From: Gammaproteobacteria bacterium
GTDB taxonomy: Bacteria; Pseudomonadota; Gammaproteobacteria; DASZBR01
Length of the DNA stretch: 64,000 bases
Direction of reading: 5' to 3'
NCBI GenBank assembly: GCA_033763845.1
Contig: JANRJR010000004.1
Coordinates: 22,095-86,094, forward strand
The translations under genes were made by a program, and so were the position numbers. The notes beneath the pieces were generated by a model. The model was not told where the DNA came from, did not search any database, and worked only from the letters and a program-made list of their open reading frames with translations. Every line of letters begins with the position of its first letter. Position 1 is the stretch's first letter. Positions 44,947-54,077 of this stretch are shown one piece after another.

Positions 44947-46755
44947 ATGCAAAATCAAGTAGAAAATATCAGAAACATTGCCATCATCGCCCACGTAGAT
45001 CATGGTAAAACCACTCTCGTTGATAAATTGCTTCAGCAATCAGGGGCAACCTCTGAACGCGTCGAACGCGTGATGGATTCCAATGACCTTGAAAGAGAGC
45101 GTGGAATTACCATTTTAGCTAAAAACACGTCCATTGATTGGGGCGGTTACCGCATTAATATCGTGGATACCCCAGGTCATGCTGACTTTGGTGGAGAAGT
45201 TGAGCGTATTTTATCTATGGTCGACTCTGTACTATTATTAGTCGATGCTGTCGACGGCCCAATGCCTCAAACGAGATTCGTTACCCAAAAAGCCTTTGCT
45301 CGTGGATTACACCCTATCGTCGTGATCAATAAAATCGATAGACCTAGTGCACGACCGGATTGGGTATTAAATCAAATTTTTGATTTGTTTGACCGCTTGG
45401 GGGCAACCGAAAAGCAATTAGATTTTCCTGTTATCTATGCTTCAGCATTACAGGGGTTTGCAACGTTAGATTACAATCAACAGTCCAATAACATGGAGCC
45501 TTTATTTGAAGCGATTGTAAAACACGTTCATCCCCCGAAAGTAAATCTTGATGGTCCGTTTCAAATGCAGATTACTTCTTTGGATTATTCCAGCTATGTC
45601 GGTGCGATTGGAATTGGTCGAATCACACGTGGAAAAATCAAATCTAATACACCTGTGGTTGATATTGCGGCTGACGGTAGTTCGCGCCAGGGAAGAATAC
45701 TGCAAATTCTGGGTTATCACGGATTAGAACGCAAAGAAATTCCAGATGCTATGGCAGGTGATATCGTTGCTGTAACAGGCATCGATAATATTCGTATTTC
45801 CGATACATTATGCGATCCATCGGCACCAGAAGCGTTGCCTTCATTAACGGTTGATGAACCTACCGTTAGCATGATTTTTCAAGTGAATAATTCTCCGTTT
45901 GCAGGACGTGAAGGAAAATATGTAACGTCACGACAAATTCGGGAACGTTTACATAAAGAATTAATTCATAACGTTGCATTGCGTGTGGAAGACATGCCAG
46001 ATCCGGATAAGTTTCGTGTTTCTGGGCGCGGTGAATTGCATCTGTCTATTTTAATTGAAACGATGCGTCGTGAAGGTTTTGAATTGTGCGTTGCAAAACC
46101 TGAAGTGATTATGCGTGAAATTGAGGGTGAAACGTGTGAACCCTATGAATCTTTAACGGTCGATGTTGAAGAATCCAATCAAGGTTCTGTGATGGAAAAA
46201 TTAGGCGCACGTCGCGGGAAATTATTGGACATGGTTCCAGATGGAAAAGGTCGTGTACGAATAGAATATATGATCCCTGCGCGTGGCTTGATGGGATTTC
46301 GTACTGAATTTATGACGTCTACCTCTGGAACCGGATTAATGCATCATACGTTTGATCATTATGGCCCTGTGGTGAAGGGTGGCGTTGCGCAACGACAAAA
46401 CGGCGTATTAATTGCCAATGCGGTGGGTGTAGCTGCGGCGTTTGCGTTATTTAATTTGCAAGAACGCGGACGTATGTTAATTGGTCCTCAAGTCGAAGTG
46501 TATGAAGGTATGTTAGTCGGAATTCATTCGCGTGATAATGATTTAGTCGTGAATGTTTCTAAAGGAAAACAATTAACGAATATGCGTGCTTCTGGATCCG
46601 ATGAAAGCATTATTTTGACACCGCCGATTAATTTCAGCTTGGAACAGTCTTTAGAATTTATTGAAGATGATGAATTAGTTGAAATTACTCCTGTTTCAAT
46701 TCGATTGCGCAAAAAGTTTTTGAAAGAAGTTGATCGGAAGAGAGCGGAGAGGTAA
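44947..46755 (+). CDS. typA: Translational GTPase TypA/BipA
   Basis: IRNIAIIAHVDHGKTTLVD, DTPGHADFGGEVER, NKIDR. 602 aa. Confidence 0.95.
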   Translation: MQNQVENIRNIAIIAHVDHGKTTLVDKLLQQSGATSERVERVMDSNDLERERGITILAKNTSIDWGGYRINIVDTPGHADFGGEVERILSMVDSVLLLVDAVDGPMPQTRFVTQKAFARGLHPIVVINKIDRPSARPDWVLNQIFDLFDRLGATEKQLDFPVIYASALQGFATLDYNQQSNNMEPLFEAIVKHVHPPKVNLDGPFQMQITSLDYSSYVGAIGIGRITRGKIKSNTPVVDIAADGSSRQGRILQILGYHGLERKEIPDAMAGDIVAVTGIDNIRISDTLCDPSAPEALPSLTVDEPTVSMIFQVNNSPFAGREGKYVTSRQIRERLHKELIHNVALRVEDMPDPDKFRVSGRGELHLSILIETMRREGFELCVAKPEVIMREIEGETCEPYESLTVDVEESNQGSVMEKLGARRGKLLDMVPDGKGRVRIEYMIPARGLMGFRTEFMTSTSGTGLMHHTFDHYGPVVKGGVAQRQNGVLIANAVGVAAAFALFNLQERGRMLIGPQVEVYEGMLVGIHSRDNDLVVNVSKGKQLTNMRASGSDESIILTPPINFSLEQSLEFIEDDELVEITPVSIRLRKKFLKEVDRKRAER

Positions 46756-46800
46756 TCGTGAGGTCCCCCGTCGCTTCGCTCCGTCGGGATGACATGCTCA

Positions 46801-47652
46801 CTATTGTGTATTAACTGTCACCTCACAACTCGCGCCCATGCGTAACGGATATTTTGGATTAGGGTTCACGAAATCTACACGTACCGGAAAGCGTTGTGTG
46901 ACTTTGACCCAATTCCCTGTCGCATTTTCAGGCGGTAATAATGAAAACGCGGCGCCACTACCTCGGCTAATACCTTCCACGGTACCCTTAAATTTAACAT
47001 CTGGATATGTGTCTACATAAATGCTTGCGGATTGTCCTATTTTAATGCGCGCAATATCTGTTTCTTTGAAATTGGCATTCACCCACCAATGATGATTTTC
47101 AATTAACGCAAATTGTGGATTTCCCGCCTGGACAAATTGTCCCGCACGCAAAACAAAATTTGTGATGAATCCATCACTGGGCGCATAAATTTGTGTATAC
47201 AACAAATTTAATTGCGCACTCGCTAATTCTGCTTCAGCAACATTTAGCGCTGCTGTTAATTGGTCCAATTGTCCTTGTGCATCATCGCCTGCTGATTTGG
47301 ATAATTGTCCATTTTTAACGAGGGGCAAAATACGCGCAGTATTTTTAGCTTGCGTATCAAGTTGTGCTTGTGCTCGTGCAACATTTGCTTGGGATTGTCT
47401 TAATGCAGCTGCAAATGGGGTGGGATCTATCGTAAATAATAATTGTTTCCCATAAACTGTTTGGTGATCCTTAACATAAATATGATCAACGGGGCCTGAC
47501 ACTTGTGTCGCAATATTGACCACATCGGCTTGAAGATAAGCATCATCTGTTGATGGAAAATAAGTGTTGTAAAGACTGTAACTGTGAGCGGCAAAAACAA
47601 TTACACCAATGCCAGCAAACACCAGCCAGAATCTTTTTGCTTTTTGCTCCAT
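46801..47652 (-). CDS. HlyD/EmrA/AaeA-family membrane fusion protein (no transporter partner adjacent)
   Basis: ATG at 47652 follows GGAG. Has an N-terminal TM anchor and the blocks DDAYLQADVVNIATQVSG, coiled coil, YAPSDGFITN, GNWVKVTQRFPVRV. Confidence 0.8.
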   Translation of the reverse strand: MEQKAKRFWLVFAGIGVIVFAAHSYSLYNTYFPSTDDAYLQADVVNIATQVSGPVDHIYVKDHQTVYGKQLLFTIDPTPFAAALRQSQANVARAQAQLDTQAKNTARILPLVKNGQLSKSAGDDAQGQLDQLTAALNVAEAELASAQLNLLYTQIYAPSDGFITNFVLRAGQFVQAGNPQFALIENHHWWVNANFKETDIARIKIGQSASIYVDTYPDVKFKGTVEGISRGSGAAFSLLPPENATGNWVKVTQRFPVRVDFVNPNPKYPLRMGASCEVTVNTQ

Positions 47653-47820
47653 GGAATCTCCACGCGAAACATCGAACTGTACACTAGATGCCCACCAATA
47701 AAAAAGACTTGCATTCTTTTTCAAGATAGGCGTTAATATATGCGATCAATTTATCAGCGATGATGTATTGGTCAAAAACTTAAGTTTATTCACAATCAAT
47801 TGATATGAGGATATATCCAC

Positions 47821-48072
47821 ATGGCAAAGTTAGCAAAAATTGCAGTTGTTGTTGCAGCAGGTTTAGCGTTAGCAAGTTGTGCAAGCGAAGGTAGCAATGC
47901 TTGTGGCACAGTAGCGACACCAGTTGCTGCTCCTGCTCCAATGAATGCTTGTAAGAACGTAAGCTCTTGCAAACATAAAGCAAAGCATCACGCTGTTAAG
48001 CACCACGCTGCAAAACATGCTGCGAAGAAAGAAGCCGCTAAAGCAGCTGACACCACAACAACAACCAATTAA
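47821..48072 (+). CDS. Cys/His-rich small lipoprotein; candidate substrate of the downstream MNIO enzyme pair
   Basis: GAGG lies 10 nt upstream. Has a signal peptide with lipobox LASC, plus Cys28, Cys44 and Cys50 (NAC, NAC, SSC contexts). The His/Lys tail is KHKAKHHAVKHHAAKHAAKK and the protein ends TTTTTN. Confidence 0.6.
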   Translation: MAKLAKIAVVVAAGLALASCASEGSNACGTVATPVAAPAPMNACKNVSSCKHKAKHHAVKHHAAKHAAKKEAAKAADTTTTTN

Positions 48073-48091
48073 TATTGGATTGTTTTGGTTT

Positions 48092-48129
48092 AATGAGGCT
48101 GACTATAAAATCAGCCTCATTTTTATTTT
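48092..48129 (+). terminator. Rho-independent terminator after the small lipoprotein gene
   Basis: ATGAGGCTGA (48093-48102) pairs perfectly with TCAGCCTCAT (48111-48120). The loop is 8 nt and TTTTATTTT follows. Confidence 0.75.
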
Positions 48130-48162
48130 CCCCGTCTTTTATTTCAATACCAGTTCTTAGTT

Positions 48163-48972
48163 ATGCATAAGTTCCTCGGATGTGGTTTAGGATTACGTTC
48201 ACCGTACTATCAAGATATTTTGACTCAGCGTCCCTCTGTCGATTTTTTTGAAATTATTTCAGAAGACTATATGGTTGATGGTGGAAATCCGTTGTATTAC
48301 TTAGATAAGGTGCGCGAAAACTATCCTATTGTTATGCACGGTGTTTCAATGTCGATTGCTGGCACTGACCCCTTAAATCAAGATTATTTACAAAAATTAA
48401 AAACATTAATTCAGCGTGTGCAACCCAAATGGATTTCCGATCATTGTTGTTGGACAGGTGTAGATGGCAAAAATATGCATGATTTATTACCTGTTCCTTA
48501 CACAAAAGAAGCGATAAACCATATCGCAAGCCGAATTCAACTAGTCCAAGAATTTCTGGGACAACAAATTGCTATTGAAAATGTCTCTTCGTATGTCAAC
48601 TATAAAAGTTCTGAATATACTGAATGGGAGTTTTTAGCTGAACTGTCTAAAAAAACAGACTGTTTATTACTGCTTGATATAAACAATGTTTATGTGAATA
48701 GCTTTAATCACAATTTTGACCCACTCGATTTTATTGCAGGTATTCCGGTTGAACGCGTACAGCAGTTTCACTTAGCCGGGCATACCAATAAAGGCGATGT
48801 AATTTTGGATACGCATGATGCAGCTATTATAGGTCCTGTATGGAAATTATTTGAAGTGGCGTTAAAGCGCTTTGGAAAAGTATCAACTCTAATAGAACGC
48901 GACGATAAATTCCCGCCATTTTCCGAGCTTTTAGATGAGTTAGCGTTGGTGAGAAAATATGTCGCTGCGTGA
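48163..48972 (+). CDS. DUF692/UPF0276 family protein (MNIO-type peptide-modifying enzyme, MbnB/BufB/HvfB-like)
   Basis: 269-aa TIM-barrel-like protein. Conserved blocks: GLGLR, FFEIISE, VMHGVS, WISDHCCW, AIENVS, LLLDINNVY, FHLAGH, LDTHD, TLIERD. Confidence 0.85.
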   Translation: MHKFLGCGLGLRSPYYQDILTQRPSVDFFEIISEDYMVDGGNPLYYLDKVRENYPIVMHGVSMSIAGTDPLNQDYLQKLKTLIQRVQPKWISDHCCWTGVDGKNMHDLLPVPYTKEAINHIASRIQLVQEFLGQQIAIENVSSYVNYKSSEYTEWEFLAELSKKTDCLLLLDINNVYVNSFNHNFDPLDFIAGIPVERVQQFHLAGHTNKGDVILDTHDAAIIGPVWKLFEVALKRFGKVSTLIERDDKFPPFSELLDELALVRKYVAA

Positions 48973-49639
48973 ATCTCAAATAAATTGGCAAAAAGGTGTG
49001 TTTGAGGAAAGCGCAGAACCTATCGTTCAGCAAATCACAAACTGTGAAGACAGGGCGTTGATTTATGTCGACAGTTATCGAGCCAGACTTATAGAGTCAC
49101 TGGAGAAAACTTTTTTACTGTTATATAAAAAAATGGGTGATGATGCGTTTTGTCAGTTGGCTTTAGATTATATTGATGTATATCCATCAGAAAATTTTTC
49201 TATCGCAAGATTCGGTCAGCGATTAAGCCAATATCTTCGTGAAGATGGGAAATTTGAATTAGCGCATATCGCTGAATTGGATTGGGCCATCAATCATTCG
49301 GTTGAAGCTAAAACCGTTAAAATATTAACGCGTGCAGATTTTCAAACCATTCCCGAAGAACACTGGGAAAAGGTGGTGTTTGAATTGCATCCTTCGTTGA
49401 AAATAGTGGACAACCAGAGGGTTTATCGCAAAGATCGTCAGGTTTATTATGTGGAAATGACAGCTCAAGAAAAAAATGTGTTAAAAGACATTCAAAATAA
49501 AAAGACTTTTGGTGAAATTTGTAGCCGCTTAAATGAAACCATGTCTGAGGACGAAGTCGCAAATTACTTGATTCAACAAATTGCACGCTGGTTAGACGAT
49601 GAATTAATTACGGCATTTGCCGTCAAGGAAACTGCATGA
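48959..49639 (+). CDS. DUF2063-like protein (BufC/HvfC-type partner of the MNIO)
   Basis: 226 aa. It overlaps the DUF692 gene by 14 nt. The N-terminal helical region (YRARLIESL...DDAF..LA..YI..YPS) is reminiscent of DUF2063. The position is the conserved partner slot. Confidence 0.7.
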   Translation: MSLRESQINWQKGVFEESAEPIVQQITNCEDRALIYVDSYRARLIESLEKTFLLLYKKMGDDAFCQLALDYIDVYPSENFSIARFGQRLSQYLREDGKFELAHIAELDWAINHSVEAKTVKILTRADFQTIPEEHWEKVVFELHPSLKIVDNQRVYRKDRQVYYVEMTAQEKNVLKDIQNKKTFGEICSRLNETMSEDEVANYLIQQIARWLDDELITAFAVKETA

Positions 49640-50499
49640 GTTGGTTTAAAAAATTGTTACCGTCAAAGATTCGTACGCAAGTCAGTGCACAACGCAAAGG
49701 TGTACCAGAAGGTCTTTGGACAAAATGCAAAGGGTGTGAAGCGGTTTTATACACCGCAGAATTAGAACGTAATTTATATGTGTGTCCTAAATGTAATTAC
49801 CATGAAAATATTCCTGCTCGCATTCGTTTAATGAAATTGTTAGATGAAAACAGTGGTGTCGAATTGGCTGAGAAAGTCAAAGCGGTAGATAGGCTTCGTT
49901 TCAAAGATCTCAAAAAATATGCGGACCGTATAATAGACGCAGAAAAATCATCCAATGAAAGTGAATCGTTATTAGTTATGGAAGGTCAAATTAAAACATT
50001 GCCATTAGTCGTTGCAGTGTTTGAATATGCTTTCATGGGTGGTTCAATGGGTGCTGCATTAGGTGAACGCTTTGTCATTGCTGTAAACACAGCGTTAGAA
50101 AAAAAGATTCCCTTGGTATGTTTTTCAGCGAGTGGTGGCGCTCGTATGCAAGAAGCTCTATTTTCATTAATGCAAATGGCAAAAGTATCTGCGGCATTAG
50201 CAAAACTGTCTGAAGCGGGATTACCATTTATTTCCGTATTAACTAATCCAACAATGGGTGGTGTTTCTGCGAGTCTTGCAATGTTAGGGGATATCATTAT
50301 TGCAGAACCACAAGCGTTAATCGGTTTTGCAGGACCACGTGTCATCGAGCAAACGGTACGTGTAAAACTTCCTGAAGGATTTCAACGTAGCGAATTTTTA
50401 TTAGAACACGGCGCTATCGATATGATCGTTAACCGTGCAGACATGCGAGATGCCTTAGCGAGAATTCTCGCGAAATTACTTCACCATGATCCACTCTAA
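49636..50499 (+). CDS. accD: Acetyl-CoA carboxylase carboxyltransferase beta subunit
   Basis: Has the N-terminal zinc ribbon CKGCEAVLY...CPKCNYH and the block GGSMG...SGGARMQE. The ATG overlaps the upstream stop (ATGA). Confidence 0.95.
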   Translation: MSWFKKLLPSKIRTQVSAQRKGVPEGLWTKCKGCEAVLYTAELERNLYVCPKCNYHENIPARIRLMKLLDENSGVELAEKVKAVDRLRFKDLKKYADRIIDAEKSSNESESLLVMEGQIKTLPLVVAVFEYAFMGGSMGAALGERFVIAVNTALEKKIPLVCFSASGGARMQEALFSLMQMAKVSAALAKLSEAGLPFISVLTNPTMGGVSASLAMLGDIIIAEPQALIGFAGPRVIEQTVRVKLPEGFQRSEFLLEHGAIDMIVNRADMRDALARILAKLLHHDPL

Positions 50500-51535
50500 A
50501 TCTGTTATTAGCGTAACAGGCACCAATGGAAAAGGATCAACCGTTGCATTTTGTGAAGCTATTTTATTGGCGGCAGGATATAGGGTTGGCGCCTATTATT
50601 CTCCCCATGTTTTTCATATCAGCGAACGCGTCAAAATAAATGGCAAGCCTATTACGTTACCAACATCAGATAATTTTAATTTTGCGGAATTTACGCAACA
50701 GGCCATAGACTTATTTAACGAAACGCCATTAGATGCTGTAATTTTAGAAGTGGGAATTGGCGGGCGATTAGACCCCGTAAATTTATTAATAGAGCCTGAT
50801 GTATCAGGCATAACAAATGTCGAATTCGATCATCAAGATAGGCTAGGCAATACTTTAGAAAGCATTGGTTTCGAAAAAGCCCATTTATATCGTCCACACA
50901 AACCTGCTATTTTTGGCGCAGAAAACATTCCCAAATCTGTATTAGATTACGCAAAAAAAATTCAGACTGAATTATCATGCTATAAAAAAGATTTTAATTA
51001 TAAGATTTATGGAAATCAGTGGGAGTTTTCAAGTCATAAAATTACCTATAAAAATTTACCGTTACCCATTTTGACATTACATGATGCAGCCATTGCATTA
51101 GAAGCTTTATCATATTTACCGTTAGATATTAATTATGATGCTATTTGCGAAGGATTGAGATTAGCTAATTTACCCGGACGATTTAAAATAATTACGGAAC
51201 CGGTCATGCAAATCTTTGATGTCGCACATAATCCAGCATCAGCGTTATTACTTGCTGAAAAACTTAAGCAATTACCGTGCGAAGGCAAAACTTTTGCGGT
51301 TGTAGATATCCGAGAAGATAAGGACATTTCTGGTACGCTAAGGCCCTTACTAAACATGGTCGACGGATGGTTTGTCGGGAGCCAAGTCATTGGAGCTTAT
51401 TTACCTGATAGCGTATTATTTAGTGATATTGGTAAAGCGTATCAATCTGCATTAAAACAAATGGGACCTAAAGACAGGATACTGGTTTTTGGGTCATTTA
51501 AAACAGTAGGAGCCTTATGTCCCGACAAAAATTGA
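50486..51535 (+). CDS. folC: Dihydrofolate synthase/folylpolyglutamate synthase, N-terminally short
   Basis: P-loop [10 protein letters not shown] is at residues 10-19. Also has [20 protein letters not shown] and DVAHNP. An in-frame TAG at 50456-50458 excludes a longer N-terminus. Confidence 0.8.
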   Translation: MIHSKSVISVTGTNGKGSTVAFCEAILLAAGYRVGAYYSPHVFHISERVKINGKPITLPTSDNFNFAEFTQQAIDLFNETPLDAVILEVGIGGRLDPVNLLIEPDVSGITNVEFDHQDRLGNTLESIGFEKAHLYRPHKPAIFGAENIPKSVLDYAKKIQTELSCYKKDFNYKIYGNQWEFSSHKITYKNLPLPILTLHDAAIALEALSYLPLDINYDAICEGLRLANLPGRFKIITEPVMQIFDVAHNPASALLLAEKLKQLPCEGKTFAVVDIREDKDISGTLRPLLNMVDGWFVGSQVIGAYLPDSVLFSDIGKAYQSALKQMGPKDRILVFGSFKTVGALCPDKN

Positions 51536-52269
51536 TTATGGGTAACTGGAAAATGAATGGGGATAGAACAACCCTTCATGCTTTAGTTCAACACATAAAA
51601 GGTATCAAACCTGTCGCAGATTCTGAGATCGTTGTCTTTCCGCCCTTTGTATATATCGAAAAAGTGGCCTATGAGCTCAGGAATTCGCCTATTTCTGTCG
51701 GCGGCCAAAATTTGAGCCAAGACGAGAACGGCGCCCATACTGGAGAAATTTCAGCCGAAATGCTCGTTGATGTTGGATGTAAGTACGTATTGATTGGCCA
51801 CTCTGAGTGTCGTCAGAGAGGAGAGACAGGAGAAACTCTTCAGCATAAATTTATTAAAGCTGTTCTGGCAGGTCTCAAACCTGTACTTTGCGTAGGTGAA
51901 ACACAAGCGCAACGACTCGAACATAAGACCGAACAAATAGTATTGGCGCAATTAGAGAGTGTGTTAAACTTGCCCGCCGTTGCAAGCTTTTTACCGCAAA
52001 TGACGGTAGCCTACGAGCCCGTTTGGGCGATTGGAACAGGACTTACGGCAACACCACAAGAAGCACAAAAAGTACATGAAATGTTACGTGGTGCGATTCG
52101 CGAAAAAGATAAAACGCTGGCTGAAAAGATTTCAATTTTGTATGGCGGTAGCGTAAAAGGAAATAATGCACAACATTTGTTTGAGATGCCAGATATCGAT
52201 GGTGCATTGATTGGTGGTGCATCGCTGAATGGCGAAGAATTTAAGACAATTTGTCACATGATAGGGTGA
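51517..52269 (+). CDS. tpiA: Triosephosphate isomerase
   Basis: MGNWKMNG, IGHSECR, AYEPVWAIGTG, YGGSV. Confidence 0.95.
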   Translation: MSRQKLIMGNWKMNGDRTTLHALVQHIKGIKPVADSEIVVFPPFVYIEKVAYELRNSPISVGGQNLSQDENGAHTGEISAEMLVDVGCKYVLIGHSECRQRGETGETLQHKFIKAVLAGLKPVLCVGETQAQRLEHKTEQIVLAQLESVLNLPAVASFLPQMTVAYEPVWAIGTGLTATPQEAQKVHEMLRGAIREKDKTLAEKISILYGGSVKGNNAQHLFEMPDIDGALIGGASLNGEEFKTICHMIG

Positions 52270-52275
52270 TAAAAA

Positions 52276-52581
52276 ATGCAAGAAGTAATTTTATTAATCC
52301 ATTTATTAGTCGCGTTATTATTAATTGGTTTAATTTTAGTGCAACGCGGAAAAGGATCTGATGTCGGCGCCGCATTTGGAAGTGGGGCATCTCAAACCAT
52401 TTTTGGAAGCCAAGGTACAACGTCTTTTTTAGTGAAATTAATTACGATATTAGTCGCAGTGTTTTTTATTAGTAGTCTTGTACTCAATTATTTAATGGCG
52501 CATAGCGTCAAAGAACAACAAATAGCAAATACGCCATCTGTGTTATTGCAACAACAGCAACAACAACAAGGAAATAAATAA
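52276..52581 (+). CDS. secG: Preprotein translocase subunit SecG
   Basis: Two TM segments with LVQRGKGSDVGAAFGSGASQTIFGS. The C-terminal tail is poly-Gln. Confidence 0.9.
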   Translation: MQEVILLIHLLVALLLIGLILVQRGKGSDVGAAFGSGASQTIFGSQGTTSFLVKLITILVAVFFISSLVLNYLMAHSVKEQQIANTPSVLLQQQQQQQGNK

Positions 52582-52666
52582 GCCGATGTGGTGGAATTGG
52601 TAGACACGCTACCTTGAGGTGGTAGTGGGTAAAACCGTGCCGGTTCGAGTCCGGCCATCGGTACCA
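52582..52666 (+). tRNA. tRNA-Leu (anticodon GAG)
   Basis: Cloverleaf folded by hand. Acceptor stem is GCCGATG/CATCGGT (G1-U72 wobble). Anticodon arm is CTACC-TTGAGGT-GGTAG, with a long variable arm, a GGTTCGAGTCC T-arm and an encoded CCA. It starts 1 nt after the secG stop. Confidence 0.9.
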
Positions 52667-52687
52667 TATTTTTAAAAGGTTGACTGT

Positions 52688-53044
52688 ATGTTAACAAATT
52701 ATTTGCCGATATTGATTTTTATCGCCATCGGGCTTTTTATTGGTGTGCTTCCTATTGTATTAGGAAGTCTTATCAGTCCTCGAAAACCTACCGCTGAAAA
52801 ATTATCTGCCTATGAATGTGGATTTCCTGCATTTGAAGATGCACGATTGCCCTTTGACGTAAAATATTATTTAGTTGCTATTTTATTTATTTTGTTTGAC
52901 CTTGAAACTGCTTTTTTATTTCCCTGGGCTGTTGTATTACGAGACATTGGTTGGTTTGGTTTTATTTCCATGATGATTTTCTTAAGCTTGTTGGTAGTGG
53001 GATTTATTTATGAATGGGCAAAAGGAGCGTTGGAATGGCGCTAG
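52688..53044 (+). CDS. nuoA: NADH-quinone oxidoreductase subunit A
   Basis: 118 aa, 3 TM segments, YECGF motif. First gene of the nuo cluster. Confidence 0.9.
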   Translation: MLTNYLPILIFIAIGLFIGVLPIVLGSLISPRKPTAEKLSAYECGFPAFEDARLPFDVKYYLVAILFILFDLETAFLFPWAVVLRDIGWFGFISMMIFLSLLVVGFIYEWAKGALEWR

Positions 53045-53511
53045 TAATTCCTGGCTTTCAAGAAAATGGATTCGCTGCAACAACATTTGAAAAATTAGCG
53101 GCATGGGCACGCAGTGGCTCATTATGGCCCGTGAGTTTTGGATTAGCCTGTTGCGCTGTTGAAATGATGCATGCAGGTGCATCACGATACGATTTAGATA
53201 GATTGGGCGTGATATTTCGTCCCAGCCCACGGCAATCCGATGTCATGATTGTTGCAGGAACATTGTGCAATAAAATGGCGCCGGCATTACGAAGAGTCTA
53301 TGATCAAATGACAGAACCAAAATGGGTGATTTCTATGGGTTCATGTGCAAATGGTGGCGGTTATTACCATTATTCATATTCCGTTGTGCGCGGTTGTGAT
53401 CGTATTGTTCCTGTTGATATTTATGTTCCCGGATGTCCTCCGACAGCTGAAGCGTTAATTTATGGAATTATTCAGCTTCAGAATAAAATTCGGAGGCGTG
53501 AAAAAAAATGA
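53035..53511 (+). CDS. nuoB: NADH-quinone oxidoreductase subunit B
   Basis: [20 protein letters not shown] and PGCPP (N2 cluster ligands). ATG at 53035 is preferred over the track start. Confidence 0.93.
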   Translation: MALVIPGFQENGFAATTFEKLAAWARSGSLWPVSFGLACCAVEMMHAGASRYDLDRLGVIFRPSPRQSDVMIVAGTLCNKMAPALRRVYDQMTEPKWVISMGSCANGGGYYHYSYSVVRGCDRIVPVDIYVPGCPPTAEALIYGIIQLQNKIRRREKK

Positions 53512-54077
53512 AGACCCTGGAAATTTCTAAAGAAGAGTTATTAAGTACAGCTAAAAAATTACGCGATGATCCTGAACATCGCTATGATGCTTTAATAGAT
53601 TTGTGTGCCGTGGATTATTTGCATTATGGCCAATCTGAATGGCAAACAACGAAAGCAACCGGAACAGGTTTTGATCGTGCGGTAGATAAATCAGGAAATT
53701 TAAAAGAAGTAACCTGGGACAAACCTAGATTTGCTGTCGTATACCATTTACTTTCTTATTCTTTAAATCAACGCTTAAGATTAAAAGTTTTTTTAGACCA
53801 TGATCCACCAATTATAGATTCAGTTGTTTCAATTTGGCCTAGCGCAAATTGGTATGAACGCGAGGCTTTTGATCTATATGGGATTTTATTCAACAACCAT
53901 CCTGATTTACGCCGAATATTGACGGACTATGGCTTTATTGGACATCCGTTTCGAAAAGATTTTCCCTTAAGTGGCACTGTAGAAGTTCGTTATGATGAAA
54001 CACTAGGGCGCGTCATTTATGAACCCGTAAAAATTGTCCCGCGTGTATTGGTGCCTAAGGTGATCCGCAATGTCTGA
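53508..54077 (+). CDS. nuoC: NADH-quinone oxidoreductase subunit C
   Basis: [14 protein letters not shown] signature. It is a separate gene, not fused to nuoD. Confidence 0.9.
   Translation: MKTLEISKEELLSTAKKLRDDPEHRYDALIDLCAVDYLHYGQSEWQTTKATGTGFDRAVDKSGNLKEVTWDKPRFAVVYHLLSYSLNQRLRLKVFLDHDPPIIDSVVSIWPSANWYEREAFDLYGILFNNHPDLRRILTDYGFIGHPFRKDFPLSGTVEVRYDETLGRVIYEPVKIVPRVLVPKVIRNV

Noticed and set aside
46758-46801. Imperfect inverted repeat GTGAGGTCCCCCG...CGGGATGACATGCTCAC between convergent typA and the MFP gene, considered as a REP-like mobile repeat
   Set aside because: Pairing is interrupted by bulges, and I found no second copy of the motif elsewhere in the window. At most it is a weak bidirectional terminator, which is too uncertain to list as a feature.
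52545-52569. CAA/CAG repeat at the secG 3' end (poly-Gln tail) considered as a phase-variable simple sequence repeat
   Set aside because: It is an in-frame triplet repeat that is interrupted (CAA/CAG mixed). Length changes would only alter the tail length, not the reading frame. There is no evidence of switching.
52488-52697. 69-aa minus-strand ORF with a poly-Cys run
   Set aside because: It is antisense to the secG poly-Gln codons and covers the whole tRNA-Leu gene. It is an artefact.
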